Source of the DNA: Gloeobacterales cyanobacterium | GTDB taxonomy: Bacteria; Cyanobacteriota; Cyanobacteriia; Gloeobacterales; PMM-0068 | Direction: 5' to 3' | DNA: 63,709 bases | Assembly: GCA_049582005.1 (NCBI GenBank) | Contig: JBAUTB010000142.1 | Span: 1-63,709, forward strand | Shown here: positions 17,518 through 26,550 of the stretch, piece after piece | Position numbering within the stretch: position 1 is the stretch's first letter | How the letters are laid out: the number at the start of each line of letters is the position of its first letter | The notes under the pieces: model-generated | Seen by the model: the letters and a program-made list of their open reading frames with translations, nothing else | Database searches by the model: none | What the model was told of the DNA's origin: nothing | Program-made: the position numbers and the translations under genes

Positions 17518-19035
17518 TCATGACACCAATGAGGACGATTGATTTTGTAGTCCTGCCGGGATAAGCCAGTGGTCCAGCACATCAAACCCAAATTGGACAA
17601 GCAAGGCAAGGACTGCGGCGGGAATGGCCCCTGCCAGTAAGGTGGCATTGTCATTGAGCGCTAAACCAGAGGCGATACGTTCGCCATAGCCTCCAGCACC
17701 GATGAAAGCAGCAATCGTCGCAGTGCCTACGTTAATCACCGCAGAAGTTTTAATGCCTGCCAGAATCGTTCGGGAGGCGAGGGGCAATTCCACCAAGCGC
17801 AAACGAGCTAGAGACGGTAAACCAAGGGCAAGGGCTGACTCTTTCAAGGAAGAAGGAATATCCGATAACCCAGTGTAGGTATTGCGGACAATCGGCAACA
17901 GAGCATAGAGAAAAAGAGCTACTAAAGCGGAGGGAGGACCAATCTGGAAGAGAGGAATCAAAAAAGCGAAGAGCGCCAGAGAAGGGATAGTTTGAATCAC
18001 ACCGACGATAGACAGAATCGGTTGCGTTGCCTGAGGCACCCGTGCCGCCCAAATCCCGAGAGGAACGCCAACCAGAACCCCAAATCCCAAGGAAATAAAC
18101 ACCAGCGACACGTGTTCAGTGGTTAATTTCCAAAAATCGTCCCCAAAGAGCTTGGCTAGAAACGATGGTCGCTCATCTGCTGTGGTTGGAGTATTTATTG
18201 CCTTATTTAAAAACCCGGCGGCAATTGTGGCAAAGCTCTTCCCTTCCAGTTCTGCTTCCGCATTCATGGCAATCATGCGCTTTTCTGAGATTTTGCCTTC
18301 TAGTTTTTGGAAGGCGGCCCAGGTTTTGGGCAGACGTTCCGGCAAATCCAGACGATAGAGGAGCACCGCTTCATAGGAGGGAAAAAATTTGCGGTCATCC
18401 GCCAGCACGCGCAGTTTGTAGCGGTCGATTTTGGCATCCGTCGTATAGATATCGGTGATATCAATCTGGCCTTGGGCGATCGCTTCATAGCTCAGGCCAT
18501 GGTCGATACCGCGTGGCGTAGAAAAAGGCAGCCTGTAAGCTTTCTGGAGGCCAGGCCAACCATCGGCCCGTCCCAGAAATTCTTGGGAAAGGGCAATTTT
18601 TAGCTCTGGGTGTTTTGCCAAATCGGAAAAGGTACGTATTCCTAACTTTTCAGCTTTTTCTTCGCCCATCGCCAAGGCATAAGTATTGTTAAAACCAAGC
18701 GGGATGCCAACCCCCAAACCGATCGGAGCCAGTTGCTGATTGAGGGTGGCAATATCGGCGGGAGCCCTATTCTTGAGAATTTCCCTGTCCAGGGTGCCGA
18801 CGTATTCAGGGTAGACATCGATGCTGCCACCTTTAAGCGCAGCAAAAACAATGCCTGTATTACCCAAGCCTTGTTTATGAACTGTTTTGGTCTCTTGGGT
18901 AGCCTCAGCTGTCTGTCGGATGATTTCTCCAAGAATGTAGGACTCGGTGAACCGTTTGGAACCTACGGTCAATTCCTGTGCAAAGACAGCTGGCGTAAAA
19001 AATAGGGCTATCAAGAATGCAATCGATATTCTCAA
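17518..19035 (-). CDS. Osmoprotectant (glycine betaine/choline-type) ABC transporter, fused substrate-binding and permease protein
   Basis: A signal peptide is followed by an OpuBC/OpuCC-like binding domain (TVGSKRFTESYILGEI, YPEYVGT). The C-terminal BPD permease carries an EAA-like loop (ESALALGLPSLARLRLVELPLA). Confidence 0.85.
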   Translation of the reverse strand: MRISIAFLIALFFTPAVFAQELTVGSKRFTESYILGEIIRQTAEATQETKTVHKQGLGNTGIVFAALKGGSIDVYPEYVGTLDREILKNRAPADIATLNQQLAPIGLGVGIPLGFNNTYALAMGEEKAEKLGIRTFSDLAKHPELKIALSQEFLGRADGWPGLQKAYRLPFSTPRGIDHGLSYEAIAQGQIDITDIYTTDAKIDRYKLRVLADDRKFFPSYEAVLLYRLDLPERLPKTWAAFQKLEGKISEKRMIAMNAEAELEGKSFATIAAGFLNKAINTPTTADERPSFLAKLFGDDFWKLTTEHVSLVFISLGFGVLVGVPLGIWAARVPQATQPILSIVGVIQTIPSLALFAFLIPLFQIGPPSALVALFLYALLPIVRNTYTGLSDIPSSLKESALALGLPSLARLRLVELPLASRTILAGIKTSAVINVGTATIAAFIGAGGYGERIASGLALNDNATLLAGAIPAAVLALLVQFGFDVLDHWLIPAGLQNQSSSLVS

Positions 19036-19784
19036 CGCACCGGCTCCTCGAAGGATGGCAGAGGTGAACGCTGAGCACGAATGAAGTCTGTGACATAGGG
19101 TTCCACCGGACGTTCAAGCAGGTCAGCCAAAGCCCCTCGCTGGACAATTCGTCCCGCGCGCATCAGGACAATCTCATCCCCAAAATAGGCGGCTTCGCCC
19201 ATATCGTGGGTGACCAGCACGACCGTTTTTTTCAGATCCGTAAAGATGTTCTTGAGTTGGGTCTGCAGTTCGCTGCGGGTAATCGGGTCAAGGGCTCCCA
19301 ACGGTTCATCCAAGAGCAGAATGGCAGGGTCCAGCATAAGCGCACGCATGAGCCCCACCCGCTGTCGTTGACCACCGGACAGGTCTTTCGGATACCGGGA
19401 TAGAGCCGTCCGAGAAAGCTGGACTAAGTCGGATAAGGCCGTTACCCGCTGGTTCATTGCCTCAGGAGAACGCTTGAGAAAACGAGCCAGAAGAGTGACA
19501 TTCTCTTCCGCTGTCAGATGGGGAAATAAGCCACCATCTTGAATCACATAGCCAAGGCGGTGACGCATCGCTTCCGCATTATCAGCGGTTAATTCCTGCC
19601 CTCCCAGGACTACATGTCCTCCATCGGGACGAATCAAGCCAACGATAATACGGAGCAGCGTAGACTTACCGCAGCCACTCGGCCCAATCAAGACCGTAGT
19701 AGCCCCAGGTTGAAAGACCAAGGTGGTCGAGGCCAGAGCGGTCTGCTTCCCATAGGTCTTCGAGACATTCTCGACACAAATCAT
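19032..19784 (-). CDS. ABC transporter ATP-binding protein (osmoprotectant type)
   Basis: Contains GPSGCGKST (Walker A), LSGGQRQRVGLMRAL (signature) and LLLDEP (Walker B). Overlaps the permease gene by 4 nt. Confidence 0.9.
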   Translation of the reverse strand: MICVENVSKTYGKQTALASTTLVFQPGATTVLIGPSGCGKSTLLRIIVGLIRPDGGHVVLGGQELTADNAEAMRHRLGYVIQDGGLFPHLTAEENVTLLARFLKRSPEAMNQRVTALSDLVQLSRTALSRYPKDLSGGQRQRVGLMRALMLDPAILLLDEPLGALDPITRSELQTQLKNIFTDLKKTVVLVTHDMGEAAYFGDEIVLMRAGRIVQRGALADLLERPVEPYVTDFIRAQRSPLPSFEEPVR

Positions 19785-19908
19785 AGGTACATGCTACCTT
19801 GCCTGACTATTTCAGCCGCGTGAAGTATGTAACGCTTCGCTTACAACACTGACCGTATATTTTTAGGCTGGCAAAAGTCATATTCAGGGAGCATTTCATT
19901 CTCCTGAT

Positions 19909-20433
19909 TCATAACTCTTCCTCTCCTCTCCGAACGGTCTCCAGGGGCAAGAACAAACGTAAGGGTTGGTCATAGAAAGCAGTAAAGCCAAATTTTATAT
20001 AGAACTGCTTGGCTTTTTCATCTTTGGCATCAACAATGGCTGCGAACATCCCGATACTTTGACGGGCTGCCACGATTCTTTTCAAAGCATCGGCTAGGAG
20101 AATCTTTCCCAAACCCTGCCTTTGGAAATCCTCAGCTACCGCGAGGCGGCCAATGAGTGCCGCTGGCAAGGGGTAGCGTGGGAACTTTCTGGCGAGTTCC
20201 TCTGGCATCGAAACCGCCTGCATGGATGTTGCACTTAAGGTATAAAAACCGGCTATGGTCTGTGATGTCCCTTTGGGAACGACAACAAAAACCTGTGCTA
20301 AGTGCCGTTTAATATCTTGACTGGCTTGTTGTTTAAGATAACGATCGAGGGCTTCAACACCGCAAGAGAAGCAACTTTTATCCTGCTCTTTGCTGAGTGC
20401 CTGGATGAGAAACACAGCCTTCACACTAGACAT
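19909..20433 (-). CDS. GNAT-family acetyltransferase toxin (TacT/KacT/ItaT-like)
   Basis: Has a GNAT acetyl-CoA motif (RQGLGKILLADALKR) and is 174 aa. Overlaps a DUF1778 gene by 8 nt. Confidence 0.8.
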   Translation of the reverse strand: MSSVKAVFLIQALSKEQDKSCFSCGVEALDRYLKQQASQDIKRHLAQVFVVVPKGTSQTIAGFYTLSATSMQAVSMPEELARKFPRYPLPAALIGRLAVAEDFQRQGLGKILLADALKRIVAARQSIGMFAAIVDAKDEKAKQFYIKFGFTAFYDQPLRLFLPLETVRRGEEEL

Positions 20434-20710
20434 TAGATTCAGCTAACTTTTGGTGCAAGGCAAGAGCTTCTTTCAACGCTGGGTTGGGAGCAGGTGGATT
20501 TAGAATAGCGGCAAAAAATAAATCCCGATCTTGGTTACTTAGCTTGACTGTCTCATGATTGGAGATTAGCTGTTCGGCTTTATCCAGAACACTGGACAGA
20601 ATAAAGCTATTGACGGAGCAGTTTGCTATGGATGAGGCTTGCTCGATTTTTTGCTTCGCAAGCGGGTCCAACCTCAAGCTGAGGCGTTTTGACTTAGGAG
20701 AAGTTGTCAT
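20426..20710 (-). CDS. DUF1778-family antitoxin (TacA-like, RHH)
   Basis: RLSLRLDPLAKQKIEQAS...SVNSFILSSVLDKAEQLI together with the C-terminal toxin-binding tail follows the typical DUF1778 layout. Confidence 0.8.
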   Translation of the reverse strand: MTTSPKSKRLSLRLDPLAKQKIEQASSIANCSVNSFILSSVLDKAEQLISNHETVKLSNQDRDLFFAAILNPPAPNPALKEALALHQKLAESNV

Positions 20711-20734
20711 ATGCGTTACAGTGCTCTATCTTTT

Positions 20735-20763
20735 CTACTGTACATCATAATGATGTACAGTAG
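20735..20763 (-). promoter_or_regulatory. Perfect 29-bp palindrome, probable operator of the toxin-antitoxin promoter
   Basis: CTACTGTACATCAT-A-ATGATGTACAGTAG has 14-bp arms and lies 25-53 nt upstream of the antitoxin start codon at 20710. Confidence 0.6.
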
Positions 20764-20802
20764 GGCAGAATTGCCTCTGTCGGTAGCGCCTGACCTTCGG
20801 GC

Positions 20803-21057
20803 TTGGGTGAGGATGGGAAATATCGGAGAGGGATGATGGTTATGTTTCAACCAGTACATAGCACCAGAGTTGAACAAGCTAGCCAAAGAGGACGTCAAGT
20901 GTTTGAGCGAATTACCTTTTATCCTCAGATTATGGGTGGGCGGGTCTGCATCCGAGGGATTGGGATTGGGATTACGGTTTCTCAGGTGCTCAGACTGATT
21001 GCAACAGGAGAGCATTATAGCCCTGGTTGCACACTACACTTGAAACAGAACTCCTAG
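20803..21057 (+). pseudogene. DUF433-family gene, apparently truncated or decayed at its C-terminal third
   Basis: ITFYPQIMGGRVCIRGIGIGITVSQVLRLIATGE matches the DUF433 core (GGxPxIxGTRIxV...G). The expected YP-L-x-ED-I-x-A-L-x-YA tail is missing in frame. Weak echoes in other frames (ESIIALVAHYT, LETELLEAIG) are only suggestive. Confidence 0.35.
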
Positions 21058-21070
21058 AAGCCATTGGGAT

Positions 21071-21640
21071 ATGCCTATGGTTCAGGCAATAGACAAAAAA
21101 CTTACGCTGCAAGAATTTCTAGCCTTACCAGAGGGAGATATTACTTACGAACTTGCCAATGGAGAAGCGATAGCCAAAATGTCTGCAAAGAGCTTCCATT
21201 CCAAAGTCACAGTTGCTCTCTGTCTACTTTTGACCGCATGGGCCCAAGAGCGAGGAGAAATAGGAGTTGAGTGGGCCGTTGTCTTGAAACGTGAGAACCA
21301 AGACTGGGTACCTGTACCTGACCTGCTCTATATTTCCTACGCTCGTCTGCCCAAAGAACCTCTGCTGGATGAAGCTTGCCCTGTTCCCCCTGAGCTGGCT
21401 ATTGAAATCATCTCCCCAGGACAAACCTTTGGCGAAATGGCTGCAAAAGCAACGGCCTACTTGGACGCAGGAGTACTGCGCGTTTGGATTGTAGATACCC
21501 AGGCAAAAAGCATCACTGTATTCTATCCAGATGCTCCCCCCCAAACCTTTATCGGAGCTATACCCCTCACCGATACAATCTTGGAAGGGTTCATCCTCAG
21601 TCCTGAACAGGTTTTCCAGAAAGCAGGACTAGTGAAATAG
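21071..21640 (+). CDS. Uma2-family (DUF820) endonuclease
   Basis: LTLQEFLALPEGDITYELANGEAI and PDLLYISY...PELAIEIISPGQ are the PD-(D/E)xK-like blocks typical of the abundant cyanobacterial Uma2 family. Confidence 0.8.
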   Translation: MPMVQAIDKKLTLQEFLALPEGDITYELANGEAIAKMSAKSFHSKVTVALCLLLTAWAQERGEIGVEWAVVLKRENQDWVPVPDLLYISYARLPKEPLLDEACPVPPELAIEIISPGQTFGEMAAKATAYLDAGVLRVWIVDTQAKSITVFYPDAPPQTFIGAIPLTDTILEGFILSPEQVFQKAGLVK

Positions 21641-21726
21641 TAAAAGCCTTGCGCCTTGAATGCTCGAGGGACAGTCTACCCGATGTTTCACTAAACTAAA
21701 CACATTCCTTACAAGAAATAGTTCCT

Positions 21727-22041
21727 ATGAAGCCTAACAGAATTAAATCTACAAAGTCTAAAGATATCGCTGCTATTATTGCCTTATTTTTAGGACCCTT
21801 TGCGGTCCATAAATTTTATTTAGGTGAATCAAAAGAAGGATTTATTCAAGTAACCTTTGTAGTTATTTTCACCCTTGGGATTATTCTCGCAATCAGTACT
21901 CAAGCCCATGATTTCTATACCAGCCCTCTTTTTATTGCAAGCACTCTAGGCGTCAGCATTGTAGGGTTTAAAGCAGCTTTTGATTCTATTATTCTTGCCT
22001 ATATGAGTGACCATGACTTTAATCAAAAATATAATAAATAG
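21727..22041 (+). CDS. TM2 domain membrane protein
   Basis: IAAIIALFLGPFAVHKFYLGE is the TM2 signature. Two TM helices are predicted. Confidence 0.7.
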   Translation: MKPNRIKSTKSKDIAAIIALFLGPFAVHKFYLGESKEGFIQVTFVVIFTLGIILAISTQAHDFYTSPLFIASTLGVSIVGFKAAFDSIILAYMSDHDFNQKYNK

Positions 22042-22047
22042 CTTCCC

Positions 22048-22629
22048 TCATAACCTTATGCGGTCTTCTAAATCAGTAGCTAGTTGCTGATATTTGGGAT
22101 TCTTAATTAGATTAGGAAATAAATTTTCAATCTGTTTCAAAGAGCGCAGAATAAATGATTTGGATTCAAAGATAAAATCAGCTTTGCTGACGGTAAACTC
22201 CGACTCCAAAAATGCATCTTTTATATGTATTCTTTCATTCACAACACTGAATACTAGTGAAAAATTCCCATCTAAGTCTTCAATCATTTCTTCAGGAGTA
22301 AAATTAGGCAACTGAAAATTCTGAACAACCTTAGATAAATCATCGAGAAAGCTAAACAAGGAAGTCTCTGGAATAAGCAAAAAGGATTGCTCTTGAGAAG
22401 CATTACAGAAATTGATCATCCCGGAGAAATACCATAAAAGATCATCAACACTCATTGTTTCGAGGGGCTGTTCTGTTTCCCGAAGAGTGGGTGATTCAGG
22501 CATTTGAAGAACAATTTTAAACATGAGCACCTTGCACATAAATTTGCTCAAAAAGAGAATGGCCATGCTCTTTCTTAGCCAAAGGGTTTCAGTACATTTG
22601 AACGTGAAAAAGAGGAGTGCATTGACCAA
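22048..22629 (-). CDS. Hypothetical acidic protein (start uncertain)
   Basis: An AT-rich ORF with no recognisable motif. Internal Met candidates (MFKIV, MPESP, MSVDD) would give a product of about 135-155 aa. Confidence 0.3.
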   Translation of the reverse strand: MVNALLFFTFKCTETLWLRKSMAILFLSKFMCKVLMFKIVLQMPESPTLRETEQPLETMSVDDLLWYFSGMINFCNASQEQSFLLIPETSLFSFLDDLSKVVQNFQLPNFTPEEMIEDLDGNFSLVFSVVNERIHIKDAFLESEFTVSKADFIFESKSFILRSLKQIENLFPNLIKNPKYQQLATDLEDRIRL

Positions 22630-22769
22630 GCCGATTGGAGTCGATAACTGTTCCGAAATTATAGATTATGGAATTTAAAGTGCAATTCCTCCTACTAAAA
22701 GCTTTATTTGCAGGCACCAGGGATGGAGGGCTCAGGTGTTAGGATCTGATTCTGAGTGTGAACATTTTT

Positions 22770-23822
22770 ATGTCTAGCCTTGAAAAAGTAGTCGTGGGTC
22801 TTTCAGGCGGAGTCGATAGCTCCGTCACAGCGGCTCTTTTGGTCCAGCAGAACTATCAAGTAGCGGGGCTGACCCTGTGGCTTTTAAATGGCAAAGGTTC
22901 CTGCTGTTCCGATGGCATGAAAGATGCGGCCAAACTCTGTGACCAGTTGGATATTCCCCATTATGTCGTTGATGTCCGCCAGGAATTTGATAAGCGGATT
23001 GTGCAGTTCATTGTCGATGGCTACAAGCACGGGGTAACCCCCTTGCCTTGTTCTCGCTGCAATAAAGACCTGAAATTTGGGCTGATGCTGGACTATGCGC
23101 AGGAAAAATTGGAAATTCCCAAGATTGCCACAGGGCACTATGCACGGGTAGATAGCGTGGAGGGACGCTATCGCCTGCGCCGCGCCCTAGACCGCAACAA
23201 GGACCAAAGCTACTTCCTCTATGAACTCTCCCAAGACCAACTCAGGGGGGCTGTTTTCCCCTTGGGAGAAACCACCAAAGACCAAACCCGCGCTATTGCT
23301 CGTGGCTTGGGGCTTGCCGTGGCCGATAAGCCAGAAAGTATGGACCTCTGCTTAGTAGAAGCCGCTGGTTCGATGCGTAACTTCTTAGATGAGCATCTAG
23401 ATCCCGTAGCCGGTGAGATTGTTGACACTACAGGTGCAGTCTTGGGCAAACATGACGGTGCTCACCACTACACGATTGGGCAACGCAAAGGCTTGGGCGT
23501 AGCCGCCGCCCATCCGCTCTATGTCCTAGATATCCAGGTCGAAAATAACCGGGTCATCGTTGGTCCACGGGAAGATGCTTTTGAAATAGAAACCAGCGTC
23601 CAACGGGTGAACTGGGTATCTTGCCCCGAACCTAGTCAGCCGATCCGCGCCGAAGTGCAAATCCGCTATCGTAGCAGCCCTGTTCTCGCTACCATTGTGC
23701 CAATTGAAGACCATCAAGCCCGAATTGTCTTTGATGAGCCACAATTTGGGATTACCCCAGGTCAAGCAGCCGTTTGGTACGAGGGAGATGTTCTCTTAGG
23801 GGGTGGCCTTATCTGTGGATAA
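22770..23822 (+). CDS. mnmA: tRNA 2-thiouridine(34) synthase
   Basis: Contains the SGGVDSS PP-loop, a catalytic Cys region (PCSRCN) and DQSYFLY. ATG at 22770 chosen. Confidence 0.92.
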   Translation: MSSLEKVVVGLSGGVDSSVTAALLVQQNYQVAGLTLWLLNGKGSCCSDGMKDAAKLCDQLDIPHYVVDVRQEFDKRIVQFIVDGYKHGVTPLPCSRCNKDLKFGLMLDYAQEKLEIPKIATGHYARVDSVEGRYRLRRALDRNKDQSYFLYELSQDQLRGAVFPLGETTKDQTRAIARGLGLAVADKPESMDLCLVEAAGSMRNFLDEHLDPVAGEIVDTTGAVLGKHDGAHHYTIGQRKGLGVAAAHPLYVLDIQVENNRVIVGPREDAFEIETSVQRVNWVSCPEPSQPIRAEVQIRYRSSPVLATIVPIEDHQARIVFDEPQFGITPGQAAVWYEGDVLLGGGLICG

Positions 23823-23892
23823 TTCCGCCCAAGTTCCCGAAAGTGTCAGATAATGCATGGCTGACCTTCCTTAACCAGTGTTGCCCTTTGCC

Positions 23893-24606
23893 ATGAGTCC
23901 TCAAAACACCGACAGTCCAGCGAATATAACCAGCGAGACGAACGATAAGAACGTAGTCCGAGAGTACTTCAACAGCATAGGTTTTGAGCGCTGGCAGAAA
24001 ATTTATGGGGATGGACCCGTCAATCGAGTGCAGCAATCTATCCGCACGGGCCACCAGCAAACCATAGATACCGTTCTTGAATGGTTGGGGGAAGATCTCA
24101 GGGGAGTTAGTATCTGTGACGCAGGCTGTGGTCTGGGGTCTTTGAGTTTGCCCTTAGCCGAGCGGGGTGCCCAAGTTTCTGGCTTTGATATCTCAGAGAA
24201 AATGATTGAAGAAGCCATCCAAATCAGGAATAAAACCTTCGTTAGCTCCCAGAATCCTCACTTTGAAGTCAGGGAAGTAGAAGCGATTGCCGGAAAATAT
24301 GACGTGGTGATTTGTCTCGATGTCTTGATTCACTATCCCCTGGAAGATGTAGAAAAAATGCTGGCCCATTTGAGTTCTTTGAGCCGTTCTCGCCTATTGC
24401 TAACTTTTGCTCCCAAAACTCCCTTTTTGACTATTTTGAAAAAGGTTGGTGGTTTCTTCCCTGGAGCCAGCAAAACAACCCGTGCTTACCAGCATCGCGA
24501 AAAAGACTTGTTGACGCTCTTACAAAAGTTGGGATGGACGTTGAGTAATAGAGCTGCTATCGATGATAAGTTCTACTTTGCACGGCTCTTTGAAGCCAAG
24601 CGATAG
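23893..24606 (+). CDS. chlM: Magnesium-protoporphyrin IX O-methyltransferase
   Basis: VREYFNSIGFERWQKIYGDG, DAGCGLGSLSLPLA, VICLDVLIHYP and SKTTRAYQH give a near-collinear match to my recollection of Synechocystis ChlM. Confidence 0.92.
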   Translation: MSPQNTDSPANITSETNDKNVVREYFNSIGFERWQKIYGDGPVNRVQQSIRTGHQQTIDTVLEWLGEDLRGVSICDAGCGLGSLSLPLAERGAQVSGFDISEKMIEEAIQIRNKTFVSSQNPHFEVREVEAIAGKYDVVICLDVLIHYPLEDVEKMLAHLSSLSRSRLLLTFAPKTPFLTILKKVGGFFPGASKTTRAYQHREKDLLTLLQKLGWTLSNRAAIDDKFYFARLFEAKR

Positions 24607-24614
24607 GTCTTTAT

Positions 24615-25118
24615 ATGTCAGACCTCTATATTTCCTGGGAAGAATATCATCAGAAAATTGAGCAGCTCGCTTTTAAGATTTATCAATCCGATTGGGCCTT
24701 CAATCAAATCGTTTGTCTCGCAAAAGGAGGATTAAGGGTTGGTGATATTCTTTGTCGCCTCTATGATCAACCTTTAGCTATTCTGTATGCCTCTTCCTAT
24801 GGTGGAGAACATAATCAGGTGCGAGGGAATTTAGCTTTTTCCCGTGATGTAGCCATGACCAACGCGCAGATGGGTAGTCACATTCTTTTGGTAGACGACT
24901 TGGTAGATTCAGGCATCACGTTACAACAGTCTATTGACTGGTTGAAACAGCATTATGGGACGTCTGTGGCAGAAGTGCGGACTGCATGCCTATGGTACAA
25001 AGCCCATTCTATGATCGCTCCTGATTACTACGTAGACTATTTAGCCGATAATCCATGGATACATCAACCCTTTGAAATCTACGAAAAAATGAATCCTGGG
25101 GAACTGAACCAGAAATAA
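24615..25118 (+). CDS. Phosphoribosyltransferase family protein (purine PRT-like)
   Basis: Has the PRPP-binding motif ILLVDDLVDSGITL and is 167 aa. Confidence 0.75.
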   Translation: MSDLYISWEEYHQKIEQLAFKIYQSDWAFNQIVCLAKGGLRVGDILCRLYDQPLAILYASSYGGEHNQVRGNLAFSRDVAMTNAQMGSHILLVDDLVDSGITLQQSIDWLKQHYGTSVAEVRTACLWYKAHSMIAPDYYVDYLADNPWIHQPFEIYEKMNPGELNQK

Positions 25119-25130
25119 CTCAATAATCAA

Positions 25131-26093
25131 TTAACGGACGGCTGCTTCAGGTTCAGCTTGTAAAGGTTGGAACATCGCTGAACTGAGATATCGTTCACCA
25201 TTGCTAGGCTGGATAAAGACAATCAGCTTGCCTGCATTTTCTGGACGCTTTCCTACTTGCACCGCAGCCCAGCAAGCAGCCCCACTGGAAATCCCAGAAA
25301 GCAAGCCTTCTTCCTTTGCCAAACGCCGACCGAACTCCAGTGCATCGGCATCGGACACCTGAATTATTTCGTCTATCAAGTCACGACGAAGTACGCTGGG
25401 CACAAACCCGGCCCCAATCCCTTGAATTTTGTGTGGACCCGCCTGACCACCGGAGAGGATAGGACTGGCTTCCGGCTCGACCGCAATCGCTTGGAAGCTT
25501 TTTTTACGGGCTTTGAGGGCTTCGCTGACCCCTGTGATCGTGCCCCCTGTGCCTACGCCAGCAATCAGAATGTCAATCTTGCCGTCCGTATCGTCCCAAA
25601 GCTCTATAGCGGTGGTTTCTCGATGGACTTTGGGATTGGCCGGGTTGTCAAACTGTTGCAACATATAGGCATTGGGGGTCAATTCCACGAGTTGATTGGC
25701 CCGCTCAATCGCCCCGCGCATCCCCAGATGACCAGGGGTAAGCTCCAATTCAGCCCCATAGGCTCTAAGCATAGCCCTCCGTTCCATACTCATGGTTTCT
25801 GGCATCGTCAAAATTAAGCGGTAGCCCTTGGCCGCAGCCACCATCGCCAGGGCAATACCCGTATTCCCAGAAGTGGGTTCGATCAAGACCGTACGCCCAG
25901 GAGAAATATGCCCTCTTTGTTCCGCATCTTCCACCATGGCAATGCCAATCCGGTCTTTCACAGAAGAAGCCGGATTCATACTTTCCATCTTCATGACAAT
26001 TTGAGCGACACAGCCCTCTGCCTGAGGAATGCGGTTGAGCTGTACTAGCGGAGTACGACCGATGAGTTGGGTAATGCTAGGGGCAATGTGCAT
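25131..26093 (-). CDS. cysK: Cysteine synthase A (O-acetylserine sulfhydrylase)
   Basis: Contains [11 protein letters not shown] (PLP lysine), [12 protein letters not shown] and [10 protein letters not shown]. Confidence 0.92.
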   Translation of the reverse strand: MHIAPSITQLIGRTPLVQLNRIPQAEGCVAQIVMKMESMNPASSVKDRIGIAMVEDAEQRGHISPGRTVLIEPTSGNTGIALAMVAAAKGYRLILTMPETMSMERRAMLRAYGAELELTPGHLGMRGAIERANQLVELTPNAYMLQQFDNPANPKVHRETTAIELWDDTDGKIDILIAGVGTGGTITGVSEALKARKKSFQAIAVEPEASPILSGGQAGPHKIQGIGAGFVPSVLRRDLIDEIIQVSDADALEFGRRLAKEEGLLSGISSGAACWAAVQVGKRPENAGKLIVFIQPSNGERYLSSAMFQPLQAEPEAAVR

Positions 26094-26233
26094 AAAACTC
26101 TCCTGACGCTGGGGGCACTGTCTACAAGATGTAATGAGTTCGCTATGAGATGGTAAGCGGGTGATGTATGCATATACTTTAGCGTTCCAGGATACGACTA
26201 GAATAAAATCAATGCTTAGACTTTTTTCTCCCT

Positions 26234-26512
26234 ATGAACATACCAACTAAAATCCAAACTGTTCTCCGGGATAAACTCAATGCCTCTGTGGTCGAAATCG
26301 AAGATGAGAGCCATCTGCATGCGGGCCATAAAGGACGGATGGATAGTCAGGGTGGTCATTACAACTTAATAGTTGTTTCTCCTGTTTTTGCAGGCAAACC
26401 GATGTTGAAACAACATCGACTCATTTATGATGCTCTAGCCCAAGAAATGGGTGTGTCAATCCATGCCCTTTCTTTGAAGACCTATACTCCTGAGCAATGG
26501 TCTAAGCTCTAG
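26234..26512 (+). CDS. BolA family protein
   Basis: 92 aa. HLHAGH, the downstream H(R)LIY and IHALSLKTYTP fit the BolA fold pattern. Confidence 0.8.
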   Translation: MNIPTKIQTVLRDKLNASVVEIEDESHLHAGHKGRMDSQGGHYNLIVVSPVFAGKPMLKQHRLIYDALAQEMGVSIHALSLKTYTPEQWSKL

Positions 26513-26550
26513 GCTGTCCTGTAAGCAAGTATTGCGTCCCAAGCGAATGG

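Noticed and set aside
17430-17654. A 74-aa ORF bridging the NTase-like gene and the ABC permease.
   Set aside because: It overlaps the 3' end of the permease gene in another frame. Its product is Cys/Trp-rich with no features.
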